From contig CM119268.1 in the NCBI GenBank assembly GCA_051294375.1, forward strand, positions 3,128,703 through 3,192,702: a stretch of DNA of 64,000 bases, in the 5' to 3' direction. The notes beneath the pieces were generated by a model. It saw only the letters and a list, made by a program, of their open reading frames with translations. It searched no databases and was not told where the DNA came from. Below, one piece after another: positions 23,065-37,734 of the stretch (position 1 is its first letter; each line of letters begins with the position of its first letter). The position numbers were made by a program, and so were the translations under genes. The stretch comes from Paraspadella gotoi (lineage: Eukaryota; Animalia; Chaetognatha).

Positions 23065-26000
23065 CTGAGAGTATGCCCTTTCCTTGATAATCTTCCAATG
23101 ATCACTTTGTAGCGAACAATGCTGAGCGTACCAGACCACGATGGCTTTACGATGCATAGACTAAGAAAAAATCTGAAAACTAATTAAACTTTGCTGAGTT
23201 TTTCACGTGTGGTTTTTACTGCATCACTCACGCTACCCTATAAATTTTGCCCCTAATTATCTTAATTGAACAATTTCAACATGTGTAAAAGTCATGTAAG
23301 CATTATATATTTGAATGCTGTTTTGAAAGAATTGAAAGTAATATTGACTAATATTGATGCTTGGTCCGTCTCATGGTCTTGTGAATGGTTGAATTCCTTT
23401 GGGGGCGTTTGGGCACGGTTTGGTTCTGGATGCAGCATATTCAAAGAAATTAACTTGTCTTGTGCTATTCAAGACACTTTTTCTGCGGATTTTGCTACTA
23501 GAGCCATTTAATTCTGATTGTAGTCAGATTCGTTATGATTAGAATTTCTTATCATAACGAGAACTCAATCGTTTCCCAATTTTTTTAAATTTCTTTACAC
23601 TTCAAGCAATTTTGCCAACTTACGTCGCCTTTTTCTTCCACAGACATTTACTCACCTTTTCGGTCCCATTTAACTCACCGAACTAAAACCTTCTAACCTC
23701 TCGCGTCACTCTAAAATTCTCACCCCTGCCCTATCATCTCGCCTCTTTACGATCTATCATAAACTCTCCGTCATCACATCCTCCCTCCTCTTCTCCCCTT
23801 TCCGCCCATCATTGGAAGCCTCATCATCCTCCTCCTTTGTAAGCCGTGATATCGAGTCGTATTAAGGCCCCCGACTCCGGCCTAGTGACGGAGAGAGAGA
23901 GAGAGGAGAGGAGAGAGAGAGAGAGAGAGAGAAGAGAGAGAGATGAGAGAGAAAGAGAGAGAGAGAGAGAGACGCCGACGCGATGAACTTCCTCTTTTTA
24001 TGTTCGATGTTCAGCATCTCTTCGAAGTTTTTGTGTGTGAGTGAATTCTGAAGAGCGAGCGGGACTTTCTCTCTTCTAGTTTTTGTGTGTGTGTTGGGAG
24101 TTGTGAACGAAGCGAAGAACCGTGGGGGAGGGCCCGCTGTTCGTGGAAAGGGCGCTCTGGAGAGGAGGGTTCATGAATTCGGGTGAACGCTCTTCAGGAA
24201 GGCCTTACGTGAGGTGTTGAATAAACTACAGAGAGAGAGAGAACGAGAGAGAGAGAGAGAGAGAGAAGGAGAGAGAGTAGCAATTATATTTTTGTGATTT
24301 CTTGAATTATTCAAGTGGGCTAAGGCGCAAAATAAAAAACAATAGGCCATAAAAAAGCACTTTATTATACAGCTTATAAGGTATACAAATTTTAGAGCAT
24401 TTCATCAGTAGAATCTTTCACAATTTACAATTTATGCATGTATTATTTCTTTGTAAAATACCATCCCATCCCCAACTACCGGTTTCGAATAGGCTGAAAG
24501 TGTTTGTTCTGAATAACGTATTAGAATTAAATATGATTAATAGCATCGTTCAAATAGGTGATCTTCATGCAGATAATTCTTTGTTCAATCTCGTACAGGC
24601 AAAAGTTTTTAACCAACTATGTCAGGCGAATAATGGTATTTGGCCGCCGGCATCTAATGTGGCAGACATAGCGAAGGATGATAGGTAAAATTTCTGAAAA
24701 ATACGAATGCTCTTAATTTAAAGCAGATAATCAAATGTTCCCCATCCGATGTGGGATGAATTACCAAGCAAGACACAAGCAAACAAGGAGACTGGAGTAT
24801 AAAAATTAGAGGAACTATAAAGACTTGATGATAGGTGTGATGAACTAAACGAATATTATTCCCAGTTACAAAACGGAAAGTCTATTGATTGGCAAGAATT
24901 TTAACATTTTGCTTTTTATAAATAAATCAAATTAACTGTGAAATGTCCAAAGTAGTTTGTTTTAAATCATATATAACACCTAAACTTAAACTTTACGTTG
25001 CTCAGACACACTGGAAAATTTTTCTACCCAAAAAATAATGTGTAACACTTGAACGCCAAAAGTTAAAAAAGATTAAAAACTTCGTGTAAGTAACTACTAG
25101 CGTTAGATTTATCTGACAAACGGATTAGAAACGCAGCATTTCGACACCATCTCTATTCTGAGTAATTGAAGTGTTCCGTGTGGAAAAGCCTCTATTTCTG
25201 CATATATGCGGATCTTTAGATGAAGCCCCCACCAAGCTGAGGTCGTCTGCAATATTGTGCAGCACATCTCAAAAACATTCAAAAGAGCACACGACTTGAA
25301 ATGCAGGTCTTGATCGAGGAGTAAATTTGGATTCTGGATCTTGATTATGAATCGGGATTAACAGTAGAATGATGAATGATGGTAATGCTTATGGCCTTGG
25401 GGCAAGAAAAGGTAGGTCACGCGACCGTAAAGAGCCAAATAATCAGTACGTCCGTGGAGATCCACGACACGAAATCATAACTCTCCGTGATTGCCACCTC
25501 GACTGAACCGACGCAGAAGCTCTATTAGTTAAAAGGAGTGTAGACGAAGACGAATCATATCTGTTAGACTGAGTCCCAGACCTCTAATTTACCTGTTAAT
25601 CGACAGTCCCATCATGCCAGATGTATATCACAAAGGAGGCTTTTGCTGTACATCGAGAGTGACAAGTGATGGTTGAGCCTCTGGCGTTTAAAAAGCATCT
25701 GTGGGAGTCTTCAATTAATGCGAGACAATGTTTTTTCAAGAGGGCAGATCGCCCTTTTCCGGATATCCTGATTGAAGATGTTTCTTGCACCTGCCAGCTC
25801 TTCTTACATCGTAATTAGTCGACGGAAGAATTAAAGCCTTTTCAAAGAAGTGTTCCCGAAGAACAGACAGAACAGCGCACTACACTGGGTCCGCATCAAT
25901 TTCTGGGAGTTGAGCCTCCTCTTTACCACTTTTATGGAATCATAGCGAAATCTAGAGCGCAGTTTTCCACACATCTCTGGGGAAAGTTACACAAACGAAA

Positions 26001-29000
26001 AAGACGGTCAATACTCATATGTTGCAGTATAATGGTTAGCAAACTTCACAGCTTATATCTAGTCCGGCAAACTTACGAAAGCCATGAGATGGTTTAACAA
26101 TAATGCGCATGTACCCGCAGCTGCAGATCTTATCTTAATAGTGTTTTGTTAATATTCAACGTTAGGTTTTGCATAGACGAAAGCACTTTGAATAAAGAAT
26201 TCAAGGTCAGGGTCATAATTTTCCTTTTGATTGTGCTGGGTACAGAGTGTGCATGAACTCTGCGTGGCGACACGAATTTTTTATTTTATTTTCTAGCCCA
26301 GTCTTCTTTTTCTTTGGTGAACCCGGTGAGGTGCTAACATACCCTTCTACCACTTTTCCTGGCCAAAACTTCGAAGTTAGCAAGGCAATTGTCCTCTGCT
26401 ACTGACTAGGAGCGTCATCGGACAGCAGAAGTAGCATTGGCCATGCTGGTGGACGAACGTAGAGAAATAGATAGATGGGTTAATATTATTGATCATGTTC
26501 GCGCATTCATTTTGTTCAGAGCGGATCGTATCTTTCACCCGCAAAGTCATCTCTTTTTATAACGTATCACTTTACTTGTGTAGTGTTCCGCTAAATCATC
26601 GTTTGACTTTGGCATATTTTAACTGATCCTGGAGCGGCAGAATGATATTATGAAAAGACTTCCCATTTTTGATGTAAAGGAAGGCAGTTAGGATAGTCGT
26701 GAAAGAAGACGCATTTTTTCTGGTAATTTGTCAATTTTGATCTTCTCAAACGGACATTCTTGCTATCTCCTTTTGACAAGGTTTTTGGTGTGATTATGTT
26801 CTATTTTCGGATAGGTGCACATGTTTGGGTTGGAAAGTCGAACGGTGGGGTTTATTATGTACGACAGTACTCTCTTTGATGTTATAAAGAATTAATGATA
26901 AGGCTGTTGAAACAGTTTCAATCTTTTTATCTAATTCATGGTATTTAGAATCACGGATCGTTTATAACAGTGAAGTTTTCATTTTTAATGGTTTGATGTG
27001 CGCGCGAAACTTTATTTCCATCGTAGTTTAGAAGTAGCTTGTGTGTTATAAATATTTAAAGGTAAAGTCGTAAGAATGGCAAGCTATCTGATCCTAGCGT
27101 CATCATAGGACCGACGAGGATTCAATCTTTGTGAACAGATGCACTGGATCGTGACCGGTCGTTAAGACGATATCCCAAGACAAGTTTGCTTCATCCATTT
27201 GACTCTACATAATGTGATGTCAGGAGAAAATCTCCATGTACCGACGAATAATTTGTATTAGAGATATAAGAGATAACAGATCTTCACGCTTGTGTGTGTC
27301 GAATCTCCCTAACCTAAGCTAAAGTATGTGAAGGAATTCAGATCTCCATGGCAAAGATGTAGGGAGATACTTCGGTTTATTTGATATTTTCAGGCATAAC
27401 GAATAAAAATATTTTCACGAATCAATTAGCAAGCTGGGTGATTGTATACGCGGTTCCAATATGCAATACTTTCTACTCTATTTTAGTAAGGAATTTCACA
27501 GAATAAACTTTCTTCTTGCTCTGTATCGGATTTAAGATGCCAGAGGCTGGTATATGTTTGGGACCTGCAGATCATTACTCGCGCCCAGCATTGAAATTTT
27601 GATTCTGTTTTAAAATACTCTTAAAATTTTTTAGAAAACAAAATATGTCTCCTTGTTTGCTTCTCACACTCAAATTGCGATATTAAAAAAAAAGATGGTA
27701 GTAATATTTATAAAACTTACAAGATTTTGTATATCCTATATAAGCCGTTTTGGTGAACCATTTGTGTCTCTTGTTTAAGATTGCAAGCAGGCAGACTTTG
27801 AGGCTACCATTCCATTAGTTAGTAACTTTTGCCTTGTTTAACGTGTCGGTTTTGGACGTAAGTCAATGGCGTTGTGTGGCCTAACTGATTGGCAACACAC
27901 CCCTGTCTGGATCTTAGCGTCGTTATTGGAATTGTTCATCGTAGTAGAATTGGAGAAAACAGTTGAGACGGCTCCCAGTCTCTCCGCCAGGCGTCACCAG
28001 TGCCACCATTAATCCTGTCTGTGTGTTCTGAAAGGGGTTTGGTAAGTGATTTGTTTCCTCTGGCAGGGTTTCAGCAGTGAGATATGTTTGTCTCCTCTCT
28101 TGCAGGTTAAGTCGGCTGTATTGCTGTTGGTTTTGCGCAAGCGTGATTGACAGACAAATTTTTCACTGCAGGCTGTTACGGGAATAGATCAGCTTTGATA
28201 TATTCTGAATCGTAGCTTTAAGTAATACCAAGATTTTTCAAACAAAACAGATAATGCCTTGAACGACTGACTCTTAATTTGCAGTCGCTGTTGTGGAAAA
28301 AGAGTGGCAGGCTGTAAAGAGTTTTTGGTGAGATGGCATAGGTAACACCTTTTTGTAGAGAAGGCTTATTCTCTTTTGACGACAAGCTTCTTGAAGTTTG
28401 GACACATGACTTAGAATTGCCTGCCATGTCTTCGGTCACATGTTTGCCATCACTTTACAGTCTTCAATAGTTTTTTTTGACACGTTTTGTGAGAATGATT
28501 TTCAGACCACATCTTGAGACAGACTGCCGCTCTGAATGGAACACGAGCGGAGGGAAGCCATGACCAAAAGATTTGACATGTTAAAAGACACGTAATGCAC
28601 ACGATTAGGGCTAGTAATGTAATATGACATTCGTGGAGCTTTCCCATGAAAAATGTGGAAAATACATTTTTTGCAAGAAGTGGTCCTCCTTTTTCTTCCG
28701 TTAGTAGATGTAGAGTGACTTCACCATTCCAGGATGGTTTTCCTGACCCGTCCATGTATTAATCGTTATTACACCAGGATGCTTGCGTCGTGACAACCTC
28801 TTACGTTGAGAATAGGCCGTGTTTATGTTCGTCGTCTATTGTGATTGTTCAGTGATCAATCGCCCTCGGAGATTAAGACGAAGTGTGAGACAGTGTTTGG
28901 AGTATTGATTTCTGGAAGTGATATGTATATGTGTCGCATGAATCCAGTGTTTCTGGTTTTTAGCAAGAAGTTGTAGCCTCTAATCCACCGTTCCCCTGCA

Positions 29001-30232
29001 TGTTATATGAATCGACCTGGCTTTTGTAATTTTAGAGCCGTTTTCAACTCTCTTCAGCAGCCTTAAAAGCGTCCGTCGCTTACAATTAACGGGATGATGA
29101 AGTTCTGGGGCCTGTGAATTTCTAAATTTCAGGTGGGAGATCGGGACTGAGCATTAAACACTTCTTACGGACTTAGTTTGGCTTGAGTGTACCATTTGCT
29201 GGTTTATTCGTTGAGCAATTTTGTGAATCGTTTGCCAAATTTGAAAATTTAATAACAGAGATAGAGCCTTTTTGTTTGGATCTGCTCCAACTTGTTCGCA
29301 ATTACCATACTATGTAATTTGAATGTAATAAACATTTTTACCAACACGCTTCTTTAACTATTACCTTGTAAGCCCGGAAATGCACTTATCAATTTTTTCT
29401 TGGCGGGCGTGGAAGTATCGTAAAATTTCAGGTTCTTGATTCTTCACGTTATTTCGGTCACATGCAGGTGTTTTCTTTTCCCGCATTTTAAGTATGTTCT
29501 TCGGCGAGTTGAATTGACTTGGAATTCTGTTGCGCTTGTTGGCCATTTCGATCCCTTTTTCTCTGAAGAAGTTAAGGTCATTGATTTATCGGTGTTGATC
29601 AATATAGACTTAGAATTTTCTATATACCCGAGTGTAGTACTTGTATTAATTGAAGATTAGATTAGATTGTATAGCTTTCACAGCTGGGCCTCAAGCCCCA
29701 TTTCGAAAAAGACAGATTATTTAAAGATGTTGAGAAATATGATTCTTATTTTCCGAGGGAAAAGTTGAAGCAAAAAACATCAGAAAAATGTACGGAGCAT
29801 CACGTCCTGATCGGTTCTGGTGGTCACACGGAGAGAGAGAGGAGAGAGAGATTGTTATAGACTACCTGAGACGGTGTAGAGCCAAATCAGGGTACAGTTC
29901 TCGGTATCAACCACCTAGACTCGCAGTATAAAGTCGAGAAAAATCCCTTAAACCAATGAGCGTTCGAGACGCTTCGGAAGTTCACTACCCGGGGTACGAT
30001 CTCGCGGAAGGGAAGCTTCAGCTACCAGTGGGCTGCGGCTCTCTCGCTCGGTATGAATGCGTTTCAAAGGTGGTGAGGATCATGATAGGGCAGCTGACTT
30101 CTCGGTTCGCCGGACAGGAAGAGAGTGAGAAAAAGAGGGAGGGGGAGAAAGAGCAGTAGGACGGAGGAGGAGAGGAGAAGGAGGATGGAGGGAAGGGGAG
30201 ACACAGAGGACATAATGAGGGAGCAGGTCATA
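23065..30232 (+). repeat. Noisy tandem duplicate of ~16070-22498, including a second LINE copy
   Basis: Collinear throughout but about 10% longer because of scattered 1-3 nt insertions. It starts right after a 25-N gap. 22916-23039 is also repeated at ~30590-30716. Confidence 0.93.
24280..29830 (-). mobile_element. Second copy of the same LINE (probably an assembly duplicate)
   Basis: Same motifs: ADD near 25242-25250, SDxLP-like near 27080-27100, ORF1 start MANK at 29546. Confidence 0.85.
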
Positions 30233-30341
30233 AAGGGACTGACTGACTGATTATGAATGAGATTAAAGAAAGGAAGAGAGAAAGAAAGAGGAATGAGAGA
30301 GAAAGCAGGGCAGGGGGAGAGAAGGGAGGGTCAAGGATAGA

Positions 30342-30388
<47 letters not shown>

Positions 30389-30508
30389 AATGGTTGAGAG
30401 ATTAAGAGAATTGAAACATATTCGACGAATCAGTGACGAGGGTTGGGCAAACTATAAGGCTTGCCAACAAAAAGAGCAAAGATAGAAAAGAAGACTGAAG
30501 GAATTCAA

Positions 30509-30587
<79 letters not shown>

Positions 30588-31301
30588 CTTTCTCTCTCTC
30601 TCCCTCTCGCTCCCTTTTCTCTAACGCAAGAAACGAAGGAGACTCGTATATCGCTCTGATGAGCCTGCTGGTAATCAAGCTTGCCGTCGTCGACGTCGTC
30701 GTCGTCGTCGTCGTCGTTAGCGCCACCTCTTCACATTAGTCGAAAGAAGATATGCTTGCCGATGCTTGCTTGATGCGTTGCCTCTTGTCCGTTTCCAAGG
30801 GGGCGGGGTGAGGGGGGGGGCGTAACGATGAGAGGGAGGCGGAAAGGGGAGGACAATGGGGTGGACCTGAGGATACCTGCTCAGGCTGAGATAAAAAAAA
30901 ACTTTAGAATTGAATTTTAACATACAGAGGAAAAGCCAATGTCATATATAAGATTTTTACAATCGGATCATCGACACGGGCTCGTTTCCCGATGGCAGGA
31001 AGCCTCTCTTCTCATTGGTCCGTTTCGATGATGATTCGTCCGATCTGAGTGTCCTCTGCGGATTTCATCCGAGTCGCGGATTCGATTCCATTCTAGGTTC
31101 CGATTCCATCTTGGATGATATATATAAATTTTATATACGTATTTTAAATACGTTTTGAGACTTGAATTCGACCACTTCTTTTTTAGTCCGTTCCATAATA
31201 TTTTACAATATCTTATTTTCAAAAAATGAAAGCCACGTAATGTGACAAATTTCCATACAAAATGGCGGATTTTCAAAAAAAAGAAAGAAAGAGAGAAAGA
31301 G

Positions 31302-31348
<47 letters not shown>

Positions 31349-33463
31349 AATAAAGAAAGAAAGGAATTGAATCGCTTCCTTTTCACGTTGTCTCTTGATA
31401 TCACGTGTTTATGCTTGACACAGAATTTCCATATTTCAATGCAAAAGTAGAATAAGAAGGAGGAGACAGATGACGACGACGACGACGACGACGATGATGA
31501 TGACGTGGAAAACAATGACGGTGACAACGATGCCGATGACGTAAAATAAAAAACGATCTAAGACGACAAAGACATACAATAGAACTACATCAGTGACCTA
31601 CCAATATGAAATAATCAAAATAATAATATTTTGTGCAATTTCAACAGGAAAGAACGACGACGACGACGATGACGACGATGACGACGACGACGACGACGAC
31701 GACGACGATAACGACGAAGATGCTGACGTCAAGCCTAAGATTGAACGAAACGAAACGTTAGACCACTCGAAGAAATAAAATGTAAGTCGAAGGAAGAAGA
31801 ATATGAAAATATAAAGGAAACAAAGAGGAAAAGAGAAGGAGAGGAAGAAAATAGTGGAAGAAGGAGAGAAAAAAAAGATAAAGAATATTTGGAAGAAGGA
31901 GAGAAAGAAAATAAAAAGAATGAGGAGAAGGGGAGAAAGAAAATAAAAAAAGAATATGTGGAAGAAGGAGAGAAAGAAAATAAAAAGAAGACGAAAAAGA
32001 AGAAGAAAAAGAAGAAGAAAGGCATCATCAAAGGTGAGGAATGACGTCATTATCTCCACTTCTTCATTTTTTTTTCTCGATCAGCATCGTCGCTATAATC
32101 GTCGTCTTTGACGTCGCTCTTGTAATTTCGTTGTAATGTTTGGATCACAAACATTTCCTTTAATTTATATATGAATTTTTAAAAAAAATTTATTATATTT
32201 TAGTTATGTTATTGACTACATAAATTTACGAAAGTAAGAAGACGATGGGGATTCCAATTGACCTTTATTGACTTTTACAACATGCGTTCTAATATGAATG
32301 TTAAATATTGAATCTATACTATTTTTTGTTAATGTAATTAGCGTATTGATGCAAGCTTGATAAAACTATCTTAAAAGATAACCTCGATTTTAAATTTTAT
32401 ACTGTTTATTATTTCTAACTAATATTTATTCTTCGCGCTCTTTTTTTTACGAATATTTAATTAAAAAAAAGAATAACAAAAAAAGGAACAATAAAAACAA
32501 CGCAGCGTCAGATGCATTCGCGAACGTCGCCACCTGCATCGTTGCCTCGACACCTGCATCGTTGCTTCGACACCTGCATTCCTTTCTCCTTTTTGCCTCT
32601 CGAGATCCCGACGGCGAATTTCAGATCGATTCCATTCGAGAGAAGAGAGGGGAAGGAAAGAGAAAAAAGGAGGAAGGAGGAAAAAAAAGGAAAAAAGAGG
32701 AAAAAGTAAAAAGGAGGAAAAAATAGGAAAGAGTAAAAATGGGAAAAAAGGAGAAAAGAGAGAAGAAAAGATAAAATCACGATATGAAAAAAAAATGGGG
32801 GAGGAAAGTAGGAAAGACAAAGAGAAAAAGAGAAAAAGAGAAGAAAATGATAAATAAAGAAAGAAGTAACAAGGAAAATGAAAGTAATGAGCGAAAAGAT
32901 AAAAAAATTAAAAAATGGAAAAAATGAACAAAAAAGGAAACGATGAAAAGAAAGAAAAAGCTAGAAAATGAGATAAATGAAATAAAAGAAACAAAAAGAA
33001 AAAACCGGAAAAAGAAAAAAGGGAAAATAAGGAAAAAAACTAAAAAAAAGGAAAGTAAGGAAAAAAAAAATAAGAAAAAAAACCTAAAAAAAGGAAAATA
33101 AGGAAAAAAAAAGAAAAAAAGGAAAATAAGGAAAAAACTAAAAAAAAAAGTCCGTCGTAACGACAACAACGACAACAAAAAAGACGACGACGAAAATGCG
33201 ATTTTTGTATGAAAACACGATGACGACAGCGACGACGATGACGATGAAAGAATGACAACGACGATGACGACGACGATAACGATGACGAATGACGATGACG
33301 ATGACGACGACGAACGACGACGACGACGATGCACGATGACAATGACGACGACCGTGCCCATCTTTAACGAATAATTCGCCGCCCATGTCCTTCGTGCATG
33401 TAAATCAGAAGAGAGAGAGGAGAGGAGAGAGAGAGAAGGAGCAGAGAGAGGAGAGAGAGAGAG

Positions 33464-33496
<33 letters not shown>

Positions 33497-33762
33497 CTGG
33501 GAAAGTGATTCTTTTCAATCTTTTCAGATGTACTGGTTTTCATGATTTCTTTAAGTTAAACTTGACTTTTAGGTACATACCTTACAACGTCAGGTAACGC
33601 AAAAGAGAAGCATAAAGCTCGTGTCTTAAGCAGACTACCAAGCACGCACCAAGAAGGCTACCAAGCACGGACGCACGCGCAAGCATTTCCCGACTCCCAG
33701 ACGGGCGCGCGTGTTGGCGGAACGGGAGGACCGTCAAGGTCAGGACTAAATCACCGCCAGGG

Positions 33763-33804
<42 letters not shown>

Positions 33805-33914
33805 TAGAGAGAGAGAGAGAGGGTGAAAACAAAAAAAAAATTCCAAAGAGAACCCGGGTTGTAATGCGTCGGTGAGGAGGAGAAAAGAACCGATTCCTCC
33901 TCGGATGATTTTGC

Positions 33915-34163
33915 TTTTTTTTTTAGTTTTTTTCTTATTTTCGTTTTTTTTTAGTTTTTTTTCCTTATTTCCTTTTTTTTAGGTTTTTTTATTATTTTTT
34001 TTTTTTTTCTATTTCCTTTTTTTTTTATAGTTTTTTTCCTTATTTTTTCCNNNNNNNNNNNNNNNNNNNNNNNNNTCGTCGCTGTCGTCATCGTCGTTTT
34101 CATACAAAATCGCATTTTCGTCGTCGTCTTTTTTGTTGTCGTTGTTGTCGTTACGACGGACTT
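33915..34163 (-). repeat. Inverted, rearranged duplicate of ~33000-33235 around a 25-N gap
   Basis: 34056-34163 is the reverse complement of ~33148-33255. 33915-34030 is the reverse complement of the A-rich ~33000-33140. Confidence 0.8.
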
Positions 34164-34604
34164 TCACTTCGAATGTCACAAATTTGATTTTCACAAGGAC
34201 CACGATGACTCGCAAGTTTTCATCTTTATAGCTTCGTACTACTTAGGCGAATCACTAAATGTTTGTATTTAATTTTAGCGGCGGAAAATTAGATTAAAAA
34301 AAAAGGAAAAAAGTAAAACTTGAAACTTTTTCAAAAGTTCGAACTTAATATTTTAATATTAAAAAAGCGGAAAAAAAGGGGAAAAATTGATATTGGAAAA
34401 TCGATCGCTTTTTTTTTAACGAGAAATAAATTCGTCGAGGGAAAAAGAAAAAAATTTTGGAGAGAGAATCTCTTTCGTTTCCGCAATTTTCTCGCTTTAT
34501 TCTTGCTTTTTTTTCGCGCTTTTTTCTCGCTTCTTTTCTCGCTAGTCTCGAGAGAAATTTGCTCTCTCTTCTTCTCTCGGATGACGGAAGTAGCTCACTT
34601 ACTT

Positions 34605-34823
34605 TCCTTTTATCGGAAGTGCCTTTCTAACCTCTCTTTTATTGGAAGTGCCTTTCTAACCTCTCTTTTATTGGAAATGCCTTTCTATCCTCTTTTTTAT
34701 TGGACGTGCCTTTCTAAGCTTTCTTTTAATGGAAGTCCCCCTCTAACCTTTCTTTAATGAGAAATGTCTCTCTAACCTTTCTTTTATGAGAAGTTCCTCT
34801 CTAACTTTTCTTTTATGGAAAGT
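34605..34823. repeat. 29-bp minisatellite, ~7 degenerate units
   Basis: Consensus cttttattggaagtgcctttctaacctct. Confidence 0.9.
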
Positions 34824-36362
34824 CGCTGTCCGTTTCGTTTCTGAAGTGTTTGAGTTTAAAATTTGCATAAATTCAAAATGAAGACGCTCACTGTGAAAAA
34901 AGCTTGAATTCTTTAGTTTGGGTTCATGGTTCAAGGTGAGACCAGTTCGAAAAAGAGAGAAAGAGAGAAAGAGAGNNNNNNNNNNNNNNNNNNNNNNNNN
35001 AGAGAGACAGAGAGAGACGAGACCGAGGAATGAGGAGGACGAGAGAGCAGACGAGACACGAGAGAAGAGAGAGATGCAGAGAGGAGATGAGAGGAGCAGA
35101 GAGAGAGACAGAGCAGAGTTAGTTGCCGAAAACTGCAGAAAGCGACAAACACAAAAAATCTCGTTTACCATGGACAACGAACCCATTGTTGCGAGGGTCA
35201 ACATAATACAAAAACGTAGCTTAGTTCTCGAGCAATCGTCGACCTTTTCCGTCGCCCGACCCATCCTAGCTGTTCGATAACTCGTTAACAGTAACGGTTT
35301 ATCAAGCGGTTAAAAAATAATTTAATTAACCCGTTAATATATTTATTTTAACGCGTTAAATTCGGCGTTAATTTTCAAGTATGATTATTTGTTATGAAAA
35401 ACTTTGATTTTTTAAAGAAAAAAATTTCTTTCCCTTATTCTCCTCTCCCTTTCTCACCTAAATATTTTCCCCTCTCTCTGTTCTACATTTTCCCCTATTT
35501 TTCTTTGTTAATTTTCAACCCTTTTAATCTTATTCTATCTTTAACGTCATTATCACTTATCTATCTTTCTGCCCTTCCCAGGTATTTTTCTTTACTTACT
35601 TTTCTCCCAATTGTTTCGTTTTCCTTTCAGCTTCATTAAGCATTCTATACATCAAAGAATATTTTTGAAATATACACTCATGCATACTGCATATAATATT
35701 TTTTTGACACAATCAATTTTTACATCAATAATATTCTATTTGCTACGATAAAAAATAAATATATCTTTCTCTTCCTTACTTTTTTTTAGCTTTTTTCTTC
35801 TTCAACTTTTCTACAAACGATGACAAAGAAGCTAAATATAATAAATGCCGAATGAATGAAAAGAATTTTAAAAAACTCTAACAATAACAAAACATTATTA
35901 GAAAACAATTTAAAAAGATGACAACAATAGAAGGACAGAATCTTTGGAAAAGACATATAAGGCTTAACTAAAACTATCCTTCAATGATGATATTACTTCA
36001 CTTTAATAAAATCTTAAAAAAATATATTATTAATTAATAAACTCTTTTGAATTAATCGATCATTTAACACAATTAAAATAATAAAATTGATTATTCATAA
36101 TTAACGAGAAAACAAGTTTATTGTGTTCAACAAATCAACCCGGTTTTTATTCTCATCGCCGTTGAGAAGTTTCCGAAACATGCTCCTTTTTTAAAAATAA
36201 CAACACCAGTTTGTTTGCTAAACAAAATAACCTTTGCTCTTTGTCACTTAACTATAAAAGCTGTAACGAAAAGAAGTCTCTAACTACCAATTATTTCATA
36301 ATCTCTATATTCTAATGGTTCAATGTATGAAAGAACTAAACAAGCAGAACAATCTCTCTCTA

Positions 36363-37290
36363 TGTTGCCGAAACCTGGAAAGCGACAAAACAAAAAATCT
36401 CGGTTACCATGGCAACGAATGGGTGGAGTCAATAATAAACGTAGTTCTCGAGATCGTCGACCTTTTCCGTCGCCGCCCCATCTAGTGTTCCGATAACCGT
36501 TAACAGTTAACGGTTATTAANNNNNNNNNNNNNNNNNNNNNNNNNNNNNNNNNNNNNNNNNNNNNNNNNNNNNNNNNNNNNNNNNNNNNNNNNNNNNNNN
36601 NNNNNNNNNNNNNNNNNNNNNNNNNNNNNNNNNNNNNNNNNNNNNNNNNNNNNNNNNNNNNNNNNNNNNNNNNNNNNNNNNNNNNNNNNNNNNNNNNNNN
36701 NNNNNNNNNNNNNNNNNNNNNNNNNNNNNNNNNNNNNNNNNNNNNNNNNNNNNNNNNNNNNNNNNNNNNNNNNNNNNNNNNNNNNNNNNNNNNNNNNNNN
36801 NNNNNNNNNNNNNNNNNNNNNNNNNNNNNNNNNNNNNNNNNNNNNNNNNNNNNNNNNNNNNNNNNNNNNNNNNNNNNNNNNNNNNNNNNNNNNNNNNNNN
36901 NNNNNNNNNNNNNNNNNNNNNNNNNNNNNNNNNNNNNNNNNNNNNAACTATCCTTCAATGATGATATACTTTACTTTAATAAAATCTAAAAAAATATTTA
37001 TTAATTAATAACTCTTTTGATTAATCGATCATTTAACAATTAAATTAATAAATTGATATTCATAATTAAGAGAAAACAAAGTTTATTTGTTTACAAACAA
37101 CCGGTTTTTATTCTCAGCGCGTGAGAGTCGAAACATGTCCTTTTTTTAAAAATAAAAACCTGTTGTTTGTAAACAAATAAACTTTGCTTTCACTTAACTA
37201 TAAATGTAACGAAAAGAAAGTCTTAATACAATATTTATAATTATATTTATATTTATGGTCATGGTTTATGAAAGACTAACAACAGAAAAC
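36363..37290 (+). repeat. Gap-containing direct duplicate of ~35120-36350
   Basis: 36363-36520 matches 35120-35305 and 36946-37285 matches 35972-36345. The two parts are separated by a 425-N gap. Confidence 0.85.
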
Positions 37291-37734
37291 ATGCTTTCAA
37301 GAAGATAAAAACTATAAAAATAATGAGGAAGAGAAATAGAAAAAGGAAANNNNNNNNNNNNNNNNNNNNNNNNNCAGTTTCGGAACGATATTGTCTTCTT
37401 CCTACACAATTGATAAAAAAGCAATATATATTATAAATTCCTTGCAATCTTATTGCCTTGATACAAGCAATCAAATCAGAACTGTTTTTTAGGTGAAAAC
37501 TGCATAGTCAAGCCTTCATCTTTTTTTCAATTTTGGAACACATATTGACAGAAACTGTATGATTTTCTACTATTCAATATCAGGTTTATAGAGCGCCAGG
37601 GCTTAATTCAAAACGTTTCTTCAAATATATAATTGCAAATTATAATCAAAAAGTCCAAATAAAATCATTAAAAACAAAAATTCCGTCGCACAGTTTGTCG
37701 CTTGCTGAGTCCCAAATGCTAGAAAAATTAAAAT

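Noticed and set aside
23065-30232. Two independent LINE insertions or a real tandem array
   Set aside because: The non-LINE flanks are duplicated too, and the differences look like read errors next to gaps.
37535-37610. HILTETV...QVYRAP resembling the N-terminus of an AP-endonuclease
   Set aside because: Too short, interrupted by a stop, and lacking downstream GDxN or SDH motifs.
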